Shown: one piece after another, positions 52,128-64,000 of the stretch | Numbering within the stretch: position 1 is the first letter of the stretch | Layout of the letters: every line of letters starts with the position of its first letter | From: Octopus vulgaris | Taxonomy: Eukaryota | Assembly (NCBI GenBank): GCA_951406725.2 | Contig: OX597818.1 | Coordinates: 11,656,001-11,720,000 of the forward strand | Direction: 5' to 3' | DNA: 64,000 nt | The notes under the pieces: model-generated | Told to the model about the DNA's origin: nothing | The model's database searches: none | Seen by the model: only the letters and a program-made list of their open reading frames with translations | Program-made: the position numbers and the translations under genes

Positions 52128-52487
52128 GTTTCATCAGGACAATGCTCCAGCACACAAGTCGTTGGCTTCAAAAGCTGCTGTGCGTAACTGTGGCTTTGAA
52201 CTGGTTGATGAATACCCCCATTCTTCTGATTTGGCCCCATCTGGCTATCATCTGTTCACCATTATGAAAAAAAGCATTTAGCTGCGAATTAGTACCGCAG
52301 TGATAATGACGTCATATCTCCTGTTGATGAACTTTTTTAACCAACTGGATGAAAGCTTCTTCACCAAGGGATGCAAATACTGCAACACTGATGGAAGAAG
52401 TGTGTGGACCACAAGAGGACTATGTTGAAAAATAGAGCCCATTTGGCCACATTTCATGAGAGTATATTGGTCATCCTATGAACCTTT

Positions 52488-52490
<3 letters not shown>
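52128..52490 (+). mobile_element. mariner (irritans-like) 3' half
   Basis: FHQDNAPAH; P.SSDLAPSGYHLF; H.WKKCVDHKRTM.. C-terminus. Confidence 0.8.
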
Positions 52491-52572
<82 letters not shown>

Positions 52573-52581
52573 TGTTTGTGT

Positions 52582-52635
<54 letters not shown>
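52490..52635. repeat. (TG)n microsatellite
   Basis: Visible. Confidence 0.95.
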
Positions 52636-52638
<3 letters not shown>

Positions 52639-52689
52639 CATACACAATGGGCACATACGATTCTGCTCAGGTCACTGACCTAGTCGGAA

Positions 52690-54740
52690 CATATATCCTT
52701 TCATTAATCTAGTCTTCCTTTCCGGAAGTAACAGGGGACTATACAGGGACGACACTTTATTTTTTCTAAACAGAAGTAGCAAGGTACAGTTAGAAAGGCA
52801 TAGGAAAAATTTCTTTAGACCTTTCAAAAGTTTAGGACTAAACTTTACTGTGGGTAAAGATTATTGTAGAGTGAATTTTCTTGACGCTACCTTCTGTCTT
52901 GATACCGGATTATTTGAACCATTTCATTAGCCAAATGACCATATTAAGTACATTAACATAGCATCCAACCATCCACCCTCGATTATATGGGGACTAGTTA
53001 AGAATATTTCTACAAGAATTTCTACATTATCCGCTAATAATAAAATTTTCGAATCACATGCAACTTATTATAATACTGCTCTAGCTAGGGCTGGATATCG
53101 TGAAAAAATTCAATATATACAAGAAGCAGGCATACACAACACTAGTAATTCTTCTAATTGTAATACACATTGTACACCACCACAACGTCAAGGTTTGAGA
53201 ACTCAGATAAAGAATACATGCCAGGTAGAATTGATCAAGACAATGAACTACCAACGAAAACTCATAGACACACGCAACATAATAATCGAACTGCTTGTTC
53301 CAATCCTGTATAACACACTCCATCAAATAAGCCTAACAACAAAATTAGGAATCAGGATGTCCTCTGGTTCAACCCGATTTTCAGTTCGCATGTTTCAACC
53401 AAGATCGCTTGAAAATTTTTTGCTGCTTTGGACAAAGGTTTTCCTAAATCTTATCAGTATCATGCTATTTTTAATCGACACACTGTGACGGTGTCCTGTG
53501 CCGACTCTGCCAATTTAGAGCATCTTATGCATTGCATAAACAATAGCAAAATGCGGCAATGGTTCAATAACAGACCTACTTGATTTAGCGAACATATGCA
53601 TCTAAATACAAACCAAGGAAATGTAAACCGCAATGATAAACACCAATTACGACCAAATTGCAGTAGTAGAAATACTTATGATACAGCTAACACAGTAACA
53701 ACGTCGGTAAATGGAGTCGGGACTGTCTTATAGACAAATAAATACGATAAATGCTCATTCAGAGAAAAATCAAAATGTCCTTTGATGAATCTCTGTATGA
53801 GTACAAATCTTGTATATAAATGTACTGTGCACACAAGGAGAGGGCCGTATGTTTACTTTGAGCAGACGGCTGATTCATTTAAGAATCGTTATCGTAACCA
53901 TGTTGCCAGCTTTAAGACAATCATTAAGAGACATTCAACATCTTTGGCAGATTTTATATGGTAACTAAAGGGGGATAAAATGAAGTACAACATAACTTGG
54001 TCCATGATAAGGCACGTCACGTGAAACCATATAATATAATTTCAAGGAGAAGCTGTCTCTGCTCCGAGGAATCCCTGTCTATTCTGTGGATTAACGAGAA
54101 GATCATCAAGAGAATTTCTGAACGACTCCCGAGATGCCTACACACATATAAATGTACTTTCGCACAATGCAGTGGGAATGAATTTTGAGTAACTGTTAAC
54201 ATAGTTTAATTTACTTTCAGGTATGGATGACTTAAGTTTACTTTCAACCTCTCCATTCTCACAAACACCAAGTAGATAGTTAACTCGCTTTGTGATCATA
54301 AGTGTAACAAACTTCACGTGTGCGTATGCTCACATTTTCTCGGATGTTTGTATGAGCGGTGTACTCGCGCCATGCAGCTTGCCTGTGGACGTTTAAACAT
54401 CCATATTTGTTAAAGGATATTTTTAATACTTTCTCGCTGGATTGAGTGTTTGTTTCTCTTTTTTCCATCTGTGATTTTATTTTTGATCTTCTATATAAAT
54501 GAAGACATTACCTCTGTCTGGCTGCTTTTCTTCCTACAAAACGAGAAGTTACATAGCGGAACTGTTATTTTAACAAGTTGTATTTATTTATCACCCGACG
54601 AGATACATCTGCACCGCCGGATGCTCCTGAACCAGTTGTTGAGTGTCCCACCCATGAGGGATTGATGCTAGATGTGTCGAAACAACTGTCGTGATTAATA
54701 ATAAATTCTTGTATATTCCATCTTACGTCTTTTATTTGCC
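52690..54740 (+). mobile_element. Penelope-like element, Naiad-type, 5'-truncated and decayed
   Basis: YRDD; VNFLDATF; YINIASNHPPSI..NISTRISTLS; LWFNP; CSFREKSKCPL..CMSTNLVYKCTV; SFKNRYRNH..F..STSLADFIW; CLCSEE; terminal HHR. Confidence 0.85.
54590..54695 (+). ncRNA. type I hammerhead ribozyme with branched stem II (CCGACGA core variant)
   Basis: atcac-CCGACGA-gatacatct...agatgtgtc-GAAA-caactg-TC^gtgat; internal hairpins ggatgctc/gagtgtcc and ccc[atga]ggg. Confidence 0.8.
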
Positions 54741-54962
54741 ATACACATATATATGTATGTATGCGCGTGTGTGCTTACATTCATGAATATATTCATATCT
54801 ACAGATTTTAGCATATTTTCCGTTCGTATAGTGAAATAATACTAGTTATGCCTTATTTTTATATATACTAAAGTACAATTCGAAAACGCAAAGGACGGAA
54901 TAGAATGAGAGAATAAGATAAATAAAGTTGCTGTGACGTTACAAAATTTACTACGTCAGCAT

Positions 54963-55005
<43 letters not shown>

Positions 55006-55314
55006 ATTTTTAAATCTCCACATCGCTCTCATCCGCCCAACTTTCTAATTTTTGTTCTTTCTCCTGAATGTTTACTTAACTCCCACTCTTCCTCAGCCTC
55101 TCACATACAATTCTCTGTGATACTTCCTCAGTCTCTCTTAACTCCCTCTTGTTTTCATTCTCTATTCATTTATTTCCCCCATTTCCGTTTTCCTATCTAT
55201 CTCTTTTCGCACTCTATTTGAGTTACCTTAACGCGACGCACAAAATGTTCATAGGAATGTACTACTGTTCATTATGTAAATACATACATACACACATACA
55301 CACGTATATATGTA

Positions 55315-55347
<33 letters not shown>

Positions 55348-55371
55348 GAGCATACACAAAGACACATATAC

Positions 55372-55413
<42 letters not shown>

Positions 55414-55427
55414 CGCACACATATATA

Positions 55428-55958
55428 TTGGGTCATCCCATAAATAGTGCGTTTTCTTTTCAATTCTATGAACTAAAAGTAGGGGGAACGGGATAAACTA
55501 CCTGCAGCAATTTTACCTTGACTTGTTCTTAGTGCAAGTTTTGAAGAGAGCAATTCTATTCTAACAGTTATTTTTTCAAAGCTATAATGGAAGTGACAAC
55601 GGACCATATTCGGCATATTTTGCCTTATGAGTTCAACAAAAGCAAGTACGCAACGGAAAATGCGAGCAACATTTAATTCAGTATATGGGAATCAGACAAT
55701 AAGCGTAAGCCAGTGTCAACGGTGGTTCCAGAAATTCCGAACCGGAAACTACAACCTAGAAGACGAGCCTCGTCCTAGTAGATCTGTAGAGCTCGACGAG
55801 GACGTCCTGCAGACCCTGATGGAACAAAATCTCACCATAACTGTTGAAGAACTAACAGAGAAGCTTGGATTTGGTCATTCAACCATTCATCGGCACCTGT
55901 GTGCCATCGGAAAAGTCAGTAAATTGGATCAATAGGTTCCTCACAAACTTTCCGAGTC
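55428..55958 (+). mobile_element. mariner 5' half
   Basis: TA|TTGGGTCATCCCATAA TIR; VYGNQTISVSQCQRWFQKFRTGNYNLEDEPRPSR...IGKVSKLDQ*VPHKL (WVPH-like motif). Confidence 0.88.
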
Positions 55959-56305
55959 TGTAAGCATAACAGGCCAGATATAGTTGTTTGGGACAGAGGG
56001 GCAAAAGTACGTATCATCATAGAGGTTAGCAGCCCTGCAGATATAAATATCCCTTTGAAAATCAAAGAAAAAGATGATATTTATGGCCAACTGCTTCGAA
56101 ACCTCCAGCTTCTATATTCAAACTATGAATTCATATCCATACCAATAACAATTGGAGCAGTAGTTTTCGATAGTAATTAAATGCTTAAAGGAGAATCTAG
56201 ATAAACTGGGATTTTCAGAAAGAGAAATTGACTGGCTGATTCGTACAAGTCCATTCTGTGAGTGGAACAGTAAAAATTTGCAAGACTTTTCTCAAGTTCC
56301 AAATG
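55959..56305 (+). mobile_element. RLE-type non-LTR fragment (relative of 47762-48588) truncating the mariner
   Basis: CKHNRPDIVVWD..IEVSSPADINIPLKIKEKDDIYGQLLRNLQLLY..IPITIGA..GTVKICKTFLKF. Confidence 0.82.
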
Positions 56306-57051
56306 TGGTCCGGTGGTATTTTTTCCAGTCTTCTTCTTTTCATGGACCGACATCTGTACATGATTTTTTTTCGATTACCTATAGCAGGTTTTGATGTACA
56401 TTTAGTGTGGCCTCTCTTCATATTTTATAATCCTCTCAGCTTCCTTTAAATGTTCATACATATCCTTTAACGACATCATTTCAAACTTGTATTTAACTTT
56501 TGCGAAGGAAGGTTCTATTTTAATTTTCTCTCGAAATTTTACTGATTTGTGTGGTGGTCATAGTGTGGTGGTGGTGGTGGTGGTGGTGGTGATATTTTCC
56601 TTGCTCAATTGGCTGCTGCTAGTTATATTTCGTGCTTCCTTGATGGAATTCTCATTACTCCTGACACATTTACTCTTTTTGTTGTTGTTGTTGTCATTGC
56701 TGTTGCTATTCCTCCTACTACTGCCACTATCGTTTACATTTAGAGTGAGTGGGGGCGAGTGACGCGAAAAACAATTTTGCATCCTACATTTCCTCCCACT
56801 TCCCTCTCTTATTGACTTGCTGACAAAGACAACGCCATATTAAATTTTGAAAATTTTGAAAGGAAAAAAAATTTTCTTTTCGAGTGATTTTTGCCCCGCA
56901 GGGCAAAAGAAAATAACCCTGTTAATTAGACCAATATGGTCTAGATTAACTCACAAATTATAACAATAAAATGTAACAACAACAATCTTTGTAGAAGTAA
57001 ACAAGGGACGCACTTACGGAGCTCCGAAATACACGTCCAGCTCTGGCGATG

Positions 57052-57110
<59 letters not shown>

Positions 57111-57305
57111 AATAAAATGTCAAGTATTTTGTTGCGTGACTTTTGACCGACCCGGCATTATACAAAATCGTTACCGGCATTTCGCCCGACTTTACGTTCT
57201 GAGTTCAAAGAATGCCAAGGTCGATTTTGCCTTTCATTCCTTCAGGGGTCAATAAAATAAGTACCACCCAAATACTGTGGTCGATGTAATCGACTAGTTA
57301 CCCCC

Positions 57306-57362
<57 letters not shown>

Positions 57363-58274
57363 ACATACACACACAATTTCATGCTTTGTGCCTATAGTAG
57401 GAAGGATTATACAATATATACAATATACGGTCTTAACATACAACTAATTATCACAGAGTATTGCATGTACCAGATTTACAGGTGTGGATATATTTATGTC
57501 AGTACTGTCAGTCTGTAGGGCATTTGTACGTTATACGTATTCCTCGTAATCTCTGCAAAGAAAGAAACAATATAAGGTTTGTTTTAGGTGGCCACATAGT
57601 CGCTATCAAACGCAGACACGATTTCAAACCTCGCACTCCTATCCCAGTGGAATAATCAAAACATAAACATTGAAACAACACAGAGAGAGAAAGAGAGATA
57701 GTGAATTGTACAATAGCCCGTGAGTGTTAATTTTACATCATCAATCTCAGAAGGACGAAATGTGGATTGGAACTCGGCGGGATTTGATCAAAATGCATAA
57801 AGGATACCAGGCATTTTGTCTTATGCGATAGGGGTTCTGCCAACTCACCGCATTATGAATAATGCGCATACGTATAAATACAAATAGTTTCTAGAAAACC
57901 TTGATGATTCATTGAAGTGCGTCCTTTTCTAAAACATTTACAAAGATAAATAAATCAATAATGAGAGGATAAAGAACTCGTTCAACAGGTATCACAAGAT
58001 CGATACCATCCACTACTGGCTCTAATGTTTGCTAAACATTATATCACCTTTCTCTGCAGAGAAGATGACTTGGCGTAATCTACATACATACATACATACA
58101 TACATACATACATACATACATACATACATACATACATACATACATACATACTTGAAACATACAAGGATACTCATGCGCACGCATGGAGAAATAAACACAA
58201 ATATACATATAGACTAAACAATAGGCATTAATGAGAAGATACAGAAATAGAACGTTAACATATATATGTATGCG

Positions 58275-58319
<45 letters not shown>

Positions 58320-59316
58320 ATACTCTTTTATATATATATATATATATATATATGTACGTATGTATGTATATGTATTTATATACTTATATACATATATAAC
58401 TCTGTGTGTGTGTGTGTATTTGTGTATACATACACATGCGCGCGCGGTCGTTCACTGACCGAATAACTGTTGTTCAACAACAACAACAACAAGCTAACAA
58501 ATCTAGCATTCGCATAAGAGAAAATAGTTACAAAAATACAATGCTTTTCAAGTCAAGTCGAAAACAAACACACATACGGCGCACATTGCTTTAGGCGCAG
58601 ATATAGCTGTGTAGTTAAGAAGTTTCTTAGCAATCATATAGTTGTAAGTTCAATCTCGTTCTGCTGTTCTACTGCATAAATCTCTGCTGTCAACGTCTCG
58701 GATCGACTTAAGACACGGAAGCGAAATTCGGTAAAGAAGTTTCGGAAGCCCGTTTAATGGCCTCTCCTTTGTTTTAGTTGGTAGACTTAACTGTCCGATT
58801 TAACATCACCACCTGGCATTTGAATGTCTTTAGCGAAGTCCACTCTTTTCAAGAATTTGAACCAGGTTTCTGGTTTGGAGATATCCGATGAGTGCCCCCC
58901 ACCCCGCACACACACACTTTCCTATCACCATCTCGGAGGTCATGAGTGTTGTTCTTCTTCCTTTGCCGAAACCATGAAACACAAACACACATCAACACTT
59001 CATAAACACACAGCATAAACAACGAAAGAGCTTTCGCGTTTTGCTGGATATTGCAATCTAACTTCCTTGAGATGCACTCTATTCGTACTTTCTGAAAAAA
59101 TACCAAACGAATCAATACCTACTTAGACAGTCTACCATGACTCTCAGCAAAGGAGGCGAAGTGTTGCGAAGAGTTCATAACAGTCATAGGAAAACGAGTG
59201 ACGATGACTGACAACACAGTGGGCAAATCAACTTGTTTCGATGGTCTTTTTTACGAACTTTACTTTTATATTTGAGACGTGTTTTGAAACCTCTTGACAG
59301 ATATGCATCCCTACTG

Positions 59317-59772
59317 GGCGGCGAGCTGGCAGAAACATTAGCACGCCAGGCGAAATGCTTAGCGGTGGCGAGCTGGCATAAACGTTAGCACGCCGGGCGA
59401 AATGCGTGGACGTATTTCGTCTGCCTTTACGTTATGAGTTCAAATTCCGCCGAGGTTGACTTTGCCTTTCATTCTTCCGGGGTCGATAAATTAAGTACCA
59501 GTTGCGCACTGGGGTCGATGTAATCGACTTAATCCGTTTATCTGTCCTTATTTGTCCCCTCCCCCTTGTGGGTAGTAAAGAAATAGGTATTTCGTCTGCC
59601 GCTACGTTCTGAGTTTAAATTCCGCCGAGGTCGACTTTGCCTTTCATCCTTTCGGGGTCGATTAGCTAAGTACCAGTTACGCACTGGGGTTGATATATAA
59701 TCGACTTAATCCGTTTGTCTGTCCTTGTTAGTCCCCTCTGTGTGTAGCTCCTTATGGGCAGTAAAGAAATAA
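59317..59772 (+). mobile_element. SINE with duplicated head and tandem body
   Basis: Head 'ggcgagctggca.aaac.ttagcacgcc' at ~59320 and ~59367; body repeated from 59587. Confidence 0.88.
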
Positions 59773-59839
59773 GATATGCACCTCTACTGCCAGTAAAACG
59801 GGGGAATTTCCAGTCTTTCTGAGTTGAGTAGCAGTGGCG

Positions 59840-61825
59840 CTGTGATCTCCAAACAAGAGGGATCATGTTGATGATTTTTCGGACCGTAATTTTGCTAAAC
59901 GCAGATTTCAAGATTTGGGATATGATGTAAATGAAAAGGCTTGTGTTTGTTGTCAGTAATCTGATTGTTGACGCACATATTTACACCAACCCAAACAGAC
60001 AGATCTACGACAACTTCCACTTAATAAACATCATAGAGAGGATGGTATAGATGGGGCCATAATCAGTCTAGATCAACCGAAAACTTTCGATTGGGTCGAC
60101 CACCAATACTTGGCTGCTATCCTTACGGCAGTCGGTTTCGGTACCACCTTGAAGACCGTAATATACAGCGACTTCTGCTTGCTAGTTAAACTGAATGACC
60201 ACTAATCAGAAACATTCATCATGCGATCGGTTCGTCAACGCTGTCCTCTCTCGTCTCTTCTGCATATACTGACTTTTAAACCAGTATTGTAGAAACCAGA
60301 CATTGGGGAGTATCCTACGCAAACTGGGAAGAAACGGTTCCGTTTTGACATATATGGACGACGTCACTGTCATAGTGTCAGACGCTAGGCACAGTTTTAA
60401 GGGACTGCGAAGTAGTGACAGAAACAAACGTCAACCGTAAAAAGTCAGTGGGTCTCGCAGCTCGACATCTGGAGCGGCAAGTTAACTTGCTCGAAGTCTG
60501 GTTTGGTTCAGATTTTCAGGTGGATAAGAACTGGGACGAGGTGATGAGCAGGTTGGCCAGTCTCGCCAAGAATGGGCCGAGCAAAAGCTATAACTGAAAG
60601 ATCGGGCAGAACTGGCGAACGCCTACGTCACTTCCGTTATCTATTACTACCTCATCATCATGCCCTCCCTTTGTTCACGTCTCATTGGTCTGGATCGTCT
60701 GCCCTTCCGCTTTTTGAGAAATTAGACGTGTCTCATTGGTCAGGCCTCCATATGCTGTTAACACCCGTTGGGTGGAGGAGTAAGCATGCCGCAGCCCAGA
60801 TATATGAATAGAATGCAACATCTTCAGCAATTTTTTTGATGGTGAACATTTGTGGTCACCTTTTGTCAGTTGCAGTTTTCAATAACTTGTTTCTTTGACA
60901 AACTTGCAGTTCTGAGTCAGAAAAAGACCGAGACATAGTGCTTGGCAGCTGGAATGTAGTCAAGCCCTCAGATTTCTACCAGTCGGGCAAGGAGATCAAT
61001 GGAAGTTTCAAGGCGACATTGTGTAGAAGTTTAGTGATGCACAAAATCGATGACGTTGTCCGGGAAACTCTTGACCTCCATGAAAATCAACGATGTTCTG
61101 TTCTGAAGGACTTTCGGGCCTAGATTCACGGATTATTTCCAGAAATTCCTAACTTAACAGTGCTTTATTTCTATTGCCGGTTCTACAGCCACGGAAGTAC
61201 TGTCACTCGAGTCTGTTTAAGATGCACGCTGAACGATGAAACCGTTAGGCATTCAGTGTCCGAAACCGTATTCATTCAGTACCCGAGCATCGCTGACTTG
61301 CGAAGTTATGTCGAACAACTGCTGCCACGTATGAGATGGATCTGGCTATCGGCTGAGTCCATTATGAAGATCGTCCCACAGCCTTCCTTTGGCAGGAAAA
61401 GACAGGCAGTCTTATCTCTCCGATGACTTTCGAGAAAGAGGTATGGCAGACAAGACTGAAAGAATTTCGGCCAATCCCTCAGCAACTTTGAAAGGGAAGT
61501 AGGGTGGAAAAGAAAGTTCTGCTTCTCAGAAAAATTGTTGAAAGGTGGTTTGACTGGTGAGCATGATACAAATGAATTTACGTACGCTTGTAAATTGGAG
61601 GAGGGCAACTCGAAGAGGGTGCTTAAGTTAGCGGTTAGGATGACCATGGTTTTGCGGGGGATTCCACTAGCAACGATCACCTCCATCCATTTGGGGAATT
61701 ATTCCTTCCTGGGATTTTTGTCTAGTTTCTGTTATTTTATTTTTTACATGCTTTTATGTACCCCACACTGTACCGTCTTGTACCATCTCCTGTGTTTTTG
61801 CTAACCCACACTGATAATAAAGAAC
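59840..61825 (+). mobile_element. Tx1/L1-like LINE, decayed RT and 3' end
   Basis: GAIISLDQPKTFDWVDHQYLAAIL..GFG; SVRQRCPLSSLL; YMDDVTVIV; C-terminal CLRC..NDETVRH; aataaa at ~61816. Confidence 0.8.
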
Positions 61826-61829
61826 CGCT

Positions 61830-62026
61830 AGAAGACCGGACAAAAATGCTTAGATGCATTTCGTCCGCCTTTTCGTTCTGAGTTCAAATTTCACCGAGGT
61901 CGACTTTGCCTTTCATTCTTTCGGGGTCGATAAATTAAATACCAGTGAAACACTAAGGATAATGTAATCGACTAGTCCCTTCCCTACAAATATGAGGTCT
62001 TTTGCTTCCAGTAGAAAGGATTATTG

Positions 62027-62099
<73 letters not shown>

Positions 62100-62107
62100 C
62101 ATCATCA

Positions 62108-62174
<67 letters not shown>

Positions 62175-62416
62175 GGCGGTAAGATAGCAGAATCGTTAGC
62201 ACGCTGGACGAAATGCTTAGCGTTATTTTGCCCGTCACTACGTTCTGAGTTCAAATTCCGGTGAGATCGACTTTCCCTTTCATCTTTTCGGGATCAGTAA
62301 ATTAAGTACTAGTGAAACACTGGGGTCGATGTAATCGATTTAACCGCTCCCCTTGTGGAAAAATTTGAAACCATTATTAGTATTAAAGTAGTAGTGGCGG
62401 CAGCAGCAGGGGCAGA

Positions 62417-62486
<70 letters not shown>

Positions 62487-62640
62487 AGGCGACGAAGTCG
62501 ACTTTGCCTTTCGAGGTCTGTAAGACAAGTACTAGTTAAGAACTGGGGTCGATTTAGTTGGGCTCAATTTAGTTGAAAACTGGGGTCGACTTATTTACCC
62601 TCGCCACCGATATTGCTGGCCTTGTACCAAAATTTGAAAT
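61830..62640 (+). mobile_element. cluster of SINE copies interleaved with (TTA)n/(GTA)n/(GCA)n
   Basis: Copies at ~61830-62022, 62174-62380 and 62490-62640. Confidence 0.8.
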
Positions 62641-62675
62641 CATCATCATTATCATTATTATCATTATTATTATTA

Positions 62676-62755
<80 letters not shown>

Positions 62756-62850
62756 GTTATTGTTATTGTTGTTGTTATTGTTGTTGTTGTTATTATTATT
62801 ATTATTATTATTCTTATTATTATTATTATTACATCATTTCTATTATTATT
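62641..62850. repeat. (TTA)n microsatellite
   Basis: Visible. Confidence 0.95.
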
Positions 62851-64000
62851 GTATTTTCAGTAGTTGTATATAACAGCCATTCTTATGCATCATTAGAGAC
62901 ACTTTCTAATCTTGGTCTATATATATAGCAACGTCCTTGAGAGCGAGAGACAGACAGACAGAGACAGACAGACAGAAAGAAGGAAAGAGAGAGGTGGGGA
63001 GGAATGGAGCGATGGGTAGGGTTGAGGAATTGATATTGCTTTTAATTTGCTTAGTTGCTTTTGTTCTGTATTTTTTTTCAGTGTTGCTTTTGTTTCTTAC
63101 GAAGTATTATTATTATTAGAGAGATGTGTAGAAAATATGTGAATTGCACCAAAGAACTGTTTATAGTCTGTGTATGACGGGGTGAACTAATTCGTTGAAT
63201 TAAATTTTTGATTAAGTTTAAAGTGTTGGGTCATGATATACTGTTTTTTTATTATTGTTGATGTAATGCACTAATTATTATTGTTACTCTCTCATTGCAT
63301 AACGCCTTGCTTGGTCTCATTTCGATGGATCGAGATGTTTATTAGAGTACGTCGATTTTTATTACTATCTGTAAGATATCTGGAGTAATGCTCTGGTGCT
63401 GCTGCTGCTGTTGTTGTTGTTGTTGTTGTTGCTTAACCCTAAGTCTGTCCTGATCGAGCAGACTTATAATAAAAAGGCATTCTATGCATGATCATTCCAT
63501 CTTTTATTTCAAGCAATCTGTATCTTCGACCACAATATCCTACCTTTCCCTTTCTTCGTTTTATTTTATTTTTACTTCAAGATGGGAGGGAATAATTCCA
63601 AAGAGATTGGGTTCTTATTTCTAGTAAGCCGAGTGACCACATAGAGGCTTCCCCAGTGATTTGCCTTGGGCTTCTTGTCACTCTGGATAGCTTAGATACT
63701 AGACTATCGTAGGCAGTCTAGTTCATTTTCACACACAGGGTTTAGCGAGTGCTTAAAATCACGCATATTTTTAGTTATCTTGTAGACGTGTTTGCATGTT
63801 ACCAATGAATATAGTTACTTATCCGGTCTGTGCATATATTGTCATTATAAAGACAGCCGGAAATGGTATGGTCGATGTTTTCAAATTGTTTACTACATAC
63901 TCTATCTACAGTTGATGTTAGTGATTGGATTTCTTATTTTTGCTTGGTATCGATTTTGTGTATATAAAAGCAGACCTTCCGTTTCTGGCTTTTCAGATGT

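Noticed and set aside
49312-52490. One mariner element split by a 2.3 kb insertion
   Set aside because: Orientation is compatible, but the central transposase is missing and the right TIR is lost in (TG)n, so the halves are reported separately
52690-54590. Selenocysteine recoding as reported for some Naiad PLEs
   Set aside because: No TGA seen at conserved Cys positions and no SECIS recognisable; the stops look like decay

Overview
AT-rich, microsatellite-saturated eukaryotic DNA made almost entirely of transposable-element relics. The tRNA-derived SINE families and repeat landscape suggest an octopus or other coleoid cephalopod genome (inference, not verified). No intact host gene is visible; one possible minus-strand terminal exon lies near 31.7 kb. 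Most ORF-track entries are microsatellite artefacts. Recognisable elements: a near-full-length decayed R4/Dong-like LINE (RT plus restriction-like endonuclease, RLE) in a (TAA)n array, with further RLE fragments; a Tx1/L1-like LINE; RTE relics; several Penelope-like elements (PLEs); Tc1, mariner, maT-like, pogo-like and hAT-like DNA transposon relics; Helitron-type non-autonomous elements; a solo LTR; and many SINEs. The most notable signal is a dense set of type I hammerhead ribozyme (HHR) motifs, several at PLE ends. Six can be folded by eye. One has a fully canonical core and a branched stem II. Two share a CCGACGA core variant. Two form an outward-facing palindrome. Several weaker remnants and many long fold-back structures are also present.
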